Of a stretch of 64,000 nucleotides of DNA, positions 58,362 to 64,000 are shown piece after piece. The notes beneath the pieces were generated by a model. It was not told the DNA's origin, made no database searches, and was given only the letters and a program-made list of their open reading frames with translations. Made by a program: the position numbers and the translations under genes. Numbering within the stretch: the stretch's first letter is position 1; the number at the start of each line of letters is the position of its first letter. Source of the stretch: an uncultured Gammaproteobacteria bacterium (GTDB lineage Bacteria; Patescibacteriota; Microgenomatia; Levybacterales; GWA1-39-11); contig CAYMYC010000001.1 in assembly GCA_964394645.1 (NCBI GenBank), positions 479,359-543,358 on the forward strand, written 5' to 3'.

Positions 58362-59066
58362 ATGGAAAGAGATGTTATGAAAGCACGGGCTCAAGCTGAA
58401 TATATGGCTTTAATTAGCCTTGGGTTAAAAGAGCGGGAGCTAGCCTGGCAGCGTAGAGAGAAGTGGATTACTAGAATTTTACAAAAAGGAAAAAATAAGA
58501 GACTTCTAGAAACGGCAAATGCAATAGATGATGAAGTGCAAGAAAGACTTTCTATTATTAGTTCTATTACAGATCTTAATTTTGGTGCTAATGGTGCCTG
58601 GAAGTTAAGTAGTGAACTTAAAGGAAAACATATAGACATTGAACAGATTGATAGAAACGGTAAAAAATTGTATTCAGTAAAAGTGGGAGGGGAAAATCCT
58701 CCAGATCATGAGTTCAGCAAGCTAGCCAGACTTTACTCCAGTGCTGTAAATGAAATTCAAGGCATATTAAAAGAACAAGAAACAAAAGGTGAGTCCACAA
58801 GACGACCCCAAGAAGAATTTAGAGGAGATTTAGAAAAGGCTAAGTCCGAAGATCAATTGGGTCATTTTAAAGTACTAGGCTTAAAACCAAATGACTTTGA
58901 AGGACTAAATGGGAATCAAATTGTGGCTATGATCAATGCTAAATACAGACTAGCAGCAAGAAAAAAGCATCCTGATATGCAGAGTGGTGATAGTGACGGT
59001 ATGAAAAAAATAAACATTGCTAGAGATGCGTTGCTTAACGCGTACACGAAAAAAAACACACATTAA
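58362..59066 (+). CDS. Protein with C-terminal J domain (DnaJ-like, HPD motif)
   Basis: 234 aa. N-terminal coiled coil. C-terminal J domain HFKVLGLKPNDFEGLNGNQIVAMINAKYRLAARKKHPDMQSGD with an HPD tripeptide. Confidence 0.6.
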   Translation: MERDVMKARAQAEYMALISLGLKERELAWQRREKWITRILQKGKNKRLLETANAIDDEVQERLSIISSITDLNFGANGAWKLSSELKGKHIDIEQIDRNGKKLYSVKVGGENPPDHEFSKLARLYSSAVNEIQGILKEQETKGESTRRPQEEFRGDLEKAKSEDQLGHFKVLGLKPNDFEGLNGNQIVAMINAKYRLAARKKHPDMQSGDSDGMKKINIARDALLNAYTKKNTH

Positions 59067-59118
59067 CTTTCATAATTTCTGGTATATCTTTGCAGTTTTA
59101 TAAAAGTCTCTTTATATA

Positions 59119-59592
59119 TTATTTTCCAATTTTTGGTGTAGGATGGCTTGTTTTTTCCATGTTAACTACTTTTTCTGAAATTAACTTTATTGCGGCTTTA
59201 ATTTGATCTAAGTCTTGCTGAATATCTTCAACTTCTTCCTCCTGCTCTTGGTCTTCTTTTTCTTCCTCCAGTTCGCGGTATTCTTCTAATAATTCCTGCC
59301 TGTTTTGAGCAATAAGGATAAAGGTTGAAAGGAAAATTGCCTCTAAAGATACGAGCATGGTAAGTAAACCATATGGGAATGGGTCAAACGGATGTAAATA
59401 AGGTTCTAACAAACCCTGATTTATAGCAATCCACAAGCTAAACCAAACCACATGAAAGTATAAGAAATTCATGCTTCCAGAGAAGCTTGTAATCCACTCA
59501 GCAAGTGTTCCTTCTACTGAATGTATTCTTCTCCTGATACTTCTTTGCTTTTTTTGAATTTGTACTTCTTTTTGCTTATCTAATGGTGACAT
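59119..59592 (-). CDS. Membrane protein (DUF1003-like) with acidic coiled-coil tail
   Basis: 157 aa. Two TM helices (FLYFHVVWFSLWIAINQG; LLTMLVSLEAIFLSTFILI), then an EEEKEDQEQEEE stretch. The family assignment is from memory. Confidence 0.4.
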   Translation of the reverse strand: MSPLDKQKEVQIQKKQRSIRRRIHSVEGTLAEWITSFSGSMNFLYFHVVWFSLWIAINQGLLEPYLHPFDPFPYGLLTMLVSLEAIFLSTFILIAQNRQELLEEYRELEEEKEDQEQEEEVEDIQQDLDQIKAAIKLISEKVVNMEKTSHPTPKIGK

Positions 59593-59598
59593 AGACCC

Positions 59599-59629
59599 TT
59601 TTAAAAATTTATGCCCCCAACTAGGGGGC
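59599..59629 (-). terminator. Candidate terminator downstream of dinB (minus strand)
   Basis: On the minus strand, GCCCCCTAGTTGGGGGC hairpin followed by ATAAATTTTTAAAA. Confidence 0.35.
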
Positions 59630-59685
59630 TTATATAGTGATTTTAGTCCCGATCTTTCGGGTTTGTCAAGGTTTAAGTAGGAATT

Positions 59686-60927
59686 TTAGACAGAAGAACG
59701 AAGATGAGGAAGATAAAAAGCCTTATCCCCAAGAAATCCATTTGGTTTGGTTGAAAGTTTTGGGGCATATAAAACGTATCCGTAACGTATAGTGTGAGAA
59801 CCAAATTGTTTATTTAAATTATCTATTGTGTGGTTTAAAACTTCTTCCCGTGGATCCTCAAATAAACTCGGAGTCACATATTTTTCATCAATTAGATTAG
59901 CTACAGAAACATGAACTTGTCTTACCATATAATGCCACCCCCATTCTTTATAGAAAAGCTTTAAAACTTCAAAAATTTCTTTACCTGAGTTAATGTAGGT
60001 AAAAATTGTTTTTCTCCCTCCCATACTTTTCTCCCCGCTTAGGTATAAGCTTACTGTACGAGCTTTTTTATTCATAGCTCTTAGCCTTTTTGCTACCTCT
60101 TCAGATAATTCTGATAATATTTGAAGAATTTTTTCCTGACTCTCTTCATTTGCAGGCAAACAATAATTTCTCCCTACTGATTTAGCATCTACTTCCTCAA
60201 AAAGAGAAGTAACCTCAGAGTCGTCTTGAGCCCATGCGTAACATAGGAGTTGCTCAGCGCACACTATACCAAATTCTTTCCTGAGAAGACGTAGGGGATA
60301 AGTTCTTAAAGATAATAGATTATAAATTCCTAATATGTTAAGACGGTATTTTAGTCTATCTCCAATACCGCATATATCTGTAAGTTTAGTATTTTTATAT
60401 ACAGAATCTATATTATTGCGGTCTATTAACATGAGTCCATCTGGTTTATTTAAGCCAGAGGCAAGCTTTGCTAAAAGTTTATTATAAGAAATACCAATAG
60501 AAACTGTTGTAACAGGACTAATTTCTAAAGCTAGACGCTTTTTAAAAAGCTCTGAAAAAGAAACAACATCTTTTGCGTAAAGATGTAATGTTGCGGTCAT
60601 ATCTATGAATACTTCATCCAAAGAAAATACTTCTACATAAGGAGAGTATGAGGATGCTATCTCTATAAATTTTTTTGTTATATCTAAATATCTATCAAAG
60701 TCCCCTTTAACATATTGTATGGTAGGGCATAGTGTATCCGCCTCCCATGTTCTGGTTCCTGTTTTTATTCCAAATTTTTTAGCTTCTTTACTGGCAGCCA
60801 CAATACATGTTCTTCCATTTGCAGCAGTAACACCGATTGGTTTACCGCGTAAATTAGGATTAAAATGCTGCTCACATGAAGCAAAGAATGAATCAAAATC
60901 TATATGAAGAATGGTTTTATCTATCAT
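59686..60927 (-). CDS. dinB: Y-family DNA polymerase IV
   Basis: 413 aa. LHIDFDSFFASCEQ with catalytic Asp/Glu, SLDEVFID, and palm, finger and little-finger regions. Ends GFLGDKAFYLPHL. Confidence 0.9.
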   Translation of the reverse strand: MIDKTILHIDFDSFFASCEQHFNPNLRGKPIGVTAANGRTCIVAASKEAKKFGIKTGTRTWEADTLCPTIQYVKGDFDRYLDITKKFIEIASSYSPYVEVFSLDEVFIDMTATLHLYAKDVVSFSELFKKRLALEISPVTTVSIGISYNKLLAKLASGLNKPDGLMLIDRNNIDSVYKNTKLTDICGIGDRLKYRLNILGIYNLLSLRTYPLRLLRKEFGIVCAEQLLCYAWAQDDSEVTSLFEEVDAKSVGRNYCLPANEESQEKILQILSELSEEVAKRLRAMNKKARTVSLYLSGEKSMGGRKTIFTYINSGKEIFEVLKLFYKEWGWHYMVRQVHVSVANLIDEKYVTPSLFEDPREEVLNHTIDNLNKQFGSHTIRYGYVLYAPKLSTKPNGFLGDKAFYLPHLRSSV

Positions 60928-61117
60928 GAATATGGGTTTATGTAATTTTGAAACTGGAAATCAATTCATTATCCAATAGGCATACATTTTTATGATTTTT
61001 TTGGCAAAAAGAAGTGGCAGCATATGTATAACTATATGAGAAATTTACTAGAAAGTAAACCGAACAAAATACGAAATAATATATCAAACTATGGAAAAAA
61101 TTAGAGACTATTGTGGA

Positions 61118-61489
61118 TTATTTCACTATCATTCCCCGAACAGTTTTTGTACAGAAATAAAGTGCTATCAAAAAATCTAGCGCTAAAAGTTGATTCCCCC
61201 AAAATGTTCTGTGATAAATAGAGTAAGTAGAGTATCCTACAACTGCCTGGTACTCAAAGATAATAGATCCTATAAGGGCAATCAAGAAATTTAAAAATGC
61301 AACCCAAGTTTGCTTAGGATTAGTAATACCCGCAAAAACCCCTACTCCTACAGCAGCCAAAATAGAGATATAGATAGGAGCCTCAAGATACTGATTCATA
61401 AAGGGAAGAAGTACTATCATAAAAATAGCAGCAGCTAAAAACAGTTTCCTAACTATATCCCCGTAGTAATGCGCTTTCTTGTCATTCAT
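61118..61489 (-). CDS. Hypothetical membrane protein
   Basis: 123 aa with three or four hydrophobic helices. Confidence 0.4.
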   Translation of the reverse strand: MNDKKAHYYGDIVRKLFLAAAIFMIVLLPFMNQYLEAPIYISILAAVGVGVFAGITNPKQTWVAFLNFLIALIGSIIFEYQAVVGYSTYSIYHRTFWGNQLLALDFLIALYFCTKTVRGMIVK

Positions 61490-61531
61490 GATTTAAATAG
61501 CGTACCACAATTTATATTTTTTGCAAACAAG

Positions 61532-62320
61532 TTATCTATTTCTTTCGTTACCTACAAAAAGGTATGTGCCTATAATCAAACAGGCAAGAAAGAAGACAGA
61601 TATAATTGCTAGGTCTACATGGAGAGGATAGAGTACAACCTTAGAATATTCAGGGCTACCTGCATAATACACATTCCGTAAAAGATCAACTGCGTACGTC
61701 ATAGGTGCAATTCTGGATAAAATAAAAAGTGGTAAAGGTAAATGAGTAATGGGGCTGAATACACCTGAAACAAAAAACTGCGGAAGAATGATAAACGGGA
61801 AAACCTGATTTGCGGTTCTTTGACTTTTTAAGTTTGAGAGAACCATAACTCCAAATGCACCTCCAAAAAGACATATAATTATAAAAGCTGGTATAAAAAG
61901 AGCAAGTTGCAAAAAACTTAAGGGAATCTGAAGTATAAATCCAAAGATTATTATGCCTACTCCTTGCACCATCGCAACCAAAGACTCACCCAGTATTTTT
62001 CCAATGATGATAGTATATCTTGAAATAGGAGAAACAAATATTTCCTGCGAAAAGTCATTTTCCCGATCTTCAATAAGTGAAATTATTCCTGAAGCAGTTG
62101 ATTGAAAAAGTGTTTGCGCTAAAACACCTATAAAAACAAACGTGAGAAAGCTATAACCTACATTTTCAGATAAATTTGCTTGAAGACTTCCGCCAAGTAC
62201 CCCAATAAACACAAATGGAAAGATAAAGGTTGCAATAATTCTTCCCCGGTCACGGGTAAACTTTGTGAAATCACGGTAAGCAATTGTTAGAATTGCATTT
62301 ATTTGCTTATTTAGATTCAT
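61532..62320 (-). CDS. ABC-2 type transporter permease
   Basis: 262 aa with six TM helices. Overlaps the upstream ATPase gene by 14 nt. Confidence 0.75.
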   Translation of the reverse strand: MNLNKQINAILTIAYRDFTKFTRDRGRIIATFIFPFVFIGVLGGSLQANLSENVGYSFLTFVFIGVLAQTLFQSTASGIISLIEDRENDFSQEIFVSPISRYTIIIGKILGESLVAMVQGVGIIIFGFILQIPLSFLQLALFIPAFIIICLFGGAFGVMVLSNLKSQRTANQVFPFIILPQFFVSGVFSPITHLPLPLFILSRIAPMTYAVDLLRNVYYAGSPEYSKVVLYPLHVDLAIISVFFLACLIIGTYLFVGNERNR

Positions 62321-63257
62321 TATTAATGTCCTTTCCTATAATCTCAATATATGCTTCTTCAATAGTTGGCGTATGGGTTTTTATAGTTGAGAGTGGAGTA
62401 GTAATAGATTTTATCACCTCATACGGAGTTTTATTTTTAAGCTCTATTTTTATTTCTCCGTTTACCTCATATGTATACTTCTTCTTATCTAATTCCTCCA
62501 TGAGCTTCTTTTTATCTTTTGCATTTACTATCAAATAATCTTTTACTATCCGCTTTTTTATTTGATTAGGAGTACCATATGTAATAATTTTCCCATGGTT
62601 AATTATTGCAATTGAATCAGCAGTTTCTGCTTCTTCTAGGTAATGTGTGGTAAGTAAGATTGTAAGTTTGTCTTTTTTTCGAATTTCTGATAGATACTCC
62701 CATAAATTCTTGCGGCTCAAGGGATCTAGTCCTACTGTTGGTTCATCCAAAAAAAGAACTTTGGGGTGATGAATAAGAGACCGGATTATCTCAAGTTTTC
62801 GCTTCATTCCTCCTGAAAATGTTTTGGTAGGCTTAAATAGATCATTACCAATTCCTATAACATCCGCTAGTTCTTTTACTTTCTTTTTGTACCCATCAGG
62901 CATAAGTGTGTATAACGGCGCAAATGGATATACTCCATACAAAACAGCATGAAATCGGATATTTTCCTCTGCTGTCAAATTCAAATCAAGGCTTGGATTC
63001 TGAAAGATTATCCCGACACTTTGACGTACTAAGCTCTGATTTTTGTCTAGGTCGTATCCTGCAACTGTGATTCTCCCTGAAGTTTTAGAGAGAATTGTAG
63101 TAAGTATGGAAAGTGTAGTTGTTTTTCCGGCACCATTTGGTCCAAGGAGAGTAAAAAATTCACCCTCAGGTATGTTAAACGAAATATCATCTACCGCGTT
63201 TTTGTCTGCCTTTTTGTAGCGCTTTACAAGATTTTTAACTTCTATAGCATCTGTCAT
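62307..63257 (-). CDS. ABC transporter ATP-binding protein (ABC-2/DrrA-like)
   Basis: Walker A GPNGAGKTTTLSIL, signature SGGMKRKLEIIRSL, Walker B VLFLDEPT, plus a C-terminal regulatory domain. Confidence 0.9.
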   Translation of the reverse strand: MTDAIEVKNLVKRYKKADKNAVDDISFNIPEGEFFTLLGPNGAGKTTTLSILTTILSKTSGRITVAGYDLDKNQSLVRQSVGIIFQNPSLDLNLTAEENIRFHAVLYGVYPFAPLYTLMPDGYKKKVKELADVIGIGNDLFKPTKTFSGGMKRKLEIIRSLIHHPKVLFLDEPTVGLDPLSRKNLWEYLSEIRKKDKLTILLTTHYLEEAETADSIAIINHGKIITYGTPNQIKKRIVKDYLIVNAKDKKKLMEELDKKKYTYEVNGEIKIELKNKTPYEVIKSITTPLSTIKTHTPTIEEAYIEIIGKDINNESK

Positions 63258-63331
63258 TTTTATCTTTGGATTTTACAATTATAGCTAAAATTAGTACAAT
63301 ATACGAGTCTTATAGGTATTTTGATATTATT

Positions 63332-63375
63332 GCATCTGTAGCTCAACCCCGATTTAATCGGGGTCAACGGATAGA
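63332..63375 (+). repeat. Partial duplicate of the 5' end of tRNA-Arg(TCT) (acceptor and D-arm) carrying a 21-nt hairpin insertion
   Basis: GCATCTGTAGCTCAAC[CCCGATTTAATCGGGGTCAAC]GGATAGA matches GCACCTGTAGCTCAACGGATAGA at 63622-63644, with 1 mismatch plus the insertion. It then diverges, so it is not a functional tRNA. Confidence 0.7.
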
Positions 63376-63379
63376 ATCT

Positions 63380-63667
63380 ATGAAACCGAGCATGTACATA
63401 CTAAAAAGCTTGAGTAATAGATATTACATAGGTTCAACAAACAATTTGGTTCGTAGAGTAAAAGAACATATTAAGGGAAAAACTCGTACGACTAAGATTT
63501 TAAAAACTAGAGAACTTGTTTATCTTGAAGAGTTTGATACTATTGAAGAGGCAAGAGCAAGAGAAAAAAAGCTAAAAACTTATAAGAGTAAAAAGTATAT
63601 TGAATGGCTGATTAGTAAAAGTGCACCTGTAGCTCAACGGATAGAGCAAATCACTTCTAATGATTAG
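63380..63667 (+). CDS. Small GIY-YIG nuclease family protein (UPF0213/YhbQ-like)
   Basis: MKPSMYILKSLSNRYYIGSTNNLVRRVKEHIKGKT...LVYLEEFDTIEEARAREKKLKTYKSKKYIEWLI is the GIY...YIG...R...H...E core. The reading frame continues 46 nt into tRNA-Arg(TCT), and its TAG stop lies in the anticodon-arm region. The track ORF starts at 63266, but the domain begins at the internal ATG 63380. Confidence 0.65.
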   Translation: MKPSMYILKSLSNRYYIGSTNNLVRRVKEHIKGKTRTTKILKTRELVYLEEFDTIEEARAREKKLKTYKSKKYIEWLISKSAPVAQRIEQITSND

Positions 63668-63694
63668 GTTGTGGGTTCGATTCCCGCCAGGTGC
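63622..63694 (+). tRNA. tRNA-Arg(TCT)
   Basis: Acceptor GCACCTG/CAGGTGC, D arm GCTC-AACGGAT-AGAGC, anticodon stem AATCA/TGATT with loop CTTCTAA, T arm GTGGG-TTCGATT-CCCGC, discriminator G. Confidence 0.85.
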
Positions 63695-63736
63695 GCATCA
63701 CTTCGTTTTATGCAAGCAAAAAAAACCTGCATAAAC

Positions 63737-63812
63737 GGAGCGGTACGGTGGATGTAGCTCAGTGGTAGAGCGCCAGCTTGTGGAGCTGGATGTCGCGGGT
63801 TCGAACCCCGTC
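63737..63812 (+). tRNA. tRNA-His(GTG) with encoded G-1 and 3' CCA
   Basis: G-1 is followed by acceptor GTGGATG/CTTCCAC, which has one U-U mismatch. D arm GCTC-AGTGGTA-GAGC, anticodon stem CCAGC/GCTGG with loop TTGTGGA, T arm GCGGG-TTCGAAC-CCCGT, discriminator C73, then CCA. Confidence 0.85.
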
Positions 63813-63902
63813 TTCCACCCCAAGTTTTTTAGCCTCAATTTTATATATCGAACAACTTCACCCCAAGACAGGGTTCGAACTTCTGCTATACTAGCAATTA
63901 GT

Positions 63903-64000
63903 ATGAGGAAGATTATTGCCGTTGAATTTATTACTCTTGATGGTGTCATACAAGCACCAGGCGATTCCAAAGAGGATGCAGCAGAAGGCTTTAGATATGG
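63903..64000 (+). CDS. Dihydrofolate reductase family protein (RibD C-terminal-like), N-terminal 32 codons; gene continues past the window end
   Basis: MRKIIAVEFITLDGVIQAPGDSKEDAAEGFRYG matches the characteristic N-terminus of this family (…SLDGV.QAPGG…GGF.YGGW). Confidence 0.6.
   Translation, partial: MRKIIAVEFITLDGVIQAPGDSKEDAAEGFRY

Noticed and set aside
63266-63379. N-terminal 38 codons of the track ORF 63266-63667
   Set aside because: This stretch is a read-through of the intergenic spacer and the pseudo-tRNA fragment. The GIY-YIG domain starts at the internal ATG 63380.
63332-63694. Group I intron in tRNA-Arg carrying a homing endonuclease
   Set aside because: The duplicated tRNA sequence covers only the acceptor and D arm. 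The split is not in the anticodon loop, and no intron-like structure joins two tRNA halves. An insertion or duplication at the 5' side fits better.
63698-63970. 90-aa minus-strand ORF
   Set aside because: It spans tRNA-His and the downstream intergenic region on the opposite strand, and has no motif.

Overview
This is a 64-kb window of low-GC, tightly packed bacterial DNA read with the standard code. The long ORFs are uninterrupted, including dnaE at 1071 aa and uvrA at 957 aa. The gene content suggests a small-genome lineage, possibly Patescibacteria/CPR-like, but that is inference only. Supporting observations are a short gatCAB, murT/gatD, a PolX, a GT39-type membrane glycosyltransferase, a minimal HolA-like gene, many small hypotheticals and 8 tRNAs with no rRNA.

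In order along the window:
- atpBEFHAGD on the minus strand (atpD truncated at the window start).
- dnaE, a standalone GGDEF diguanylate cyclase and gatBAC in one minus-strand block.
- gatD-murT (lipid II isoglutaminyl synthase), then htpX-lemA-polX.
- tRNA-Asp, a two-LysM-domain protein, and tRNA-Gly(CCC).
- A tight four-gene operon directly after tRNA-Gly: two-HKD PLD-like, PHP phosphoesterase, EEP nuclease/phosphatase, FkbM methyltransferase.
- pyrG, rplS, yraN, a DUF457 hydrolase and a GDSL hydrolase.
- Two hypotheticals, one flanked by 25-bp direct repeats, then def and a single-HKD Nuc-like protein.
- A marR plus MacAB-like efflux operon.
- A divergent tRNA-Lys(TTT)/tRNA-Glu pair with two hypotheticals.
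- The GT39-like protein, greA, a secreted clan GH-A-like hydrolase, an HEXXH protein overlapping a holA-like gene, pgm, ppsA, rsmI and dedA.
- lexA divergent from an unusually complete NER operon: uvrB, a diiron acyl-ACP-desaturase-like gene, uvrA, a transglutaminase-like gene, uvrC, then secG and a family-5 solute-binding protein.
- tRNA-Arg(TCG) and tRNA-Lys(CTT), a C-terminal J-domain protein, a DUF1003-like protein, dinB and an ABC-2 transporter pair.
- A small GIY-YIG nuclease gene bracketed by a partial duplicate of the 5' end of tRNA-Arg(TCT) and the intact tRNA, then tRNA-His and the start of a DHFR-family gene.

No CRISPR array, rRNA, integrase or transposase was seen. The most unusual loci are the NER operon with two embedded non-repair genes, the phosphoesterase/methyltransferase operon next to tRNA-Gly, the GIY-YIG/tRNA-Arg arrangement and the repeat-flanked small gene.
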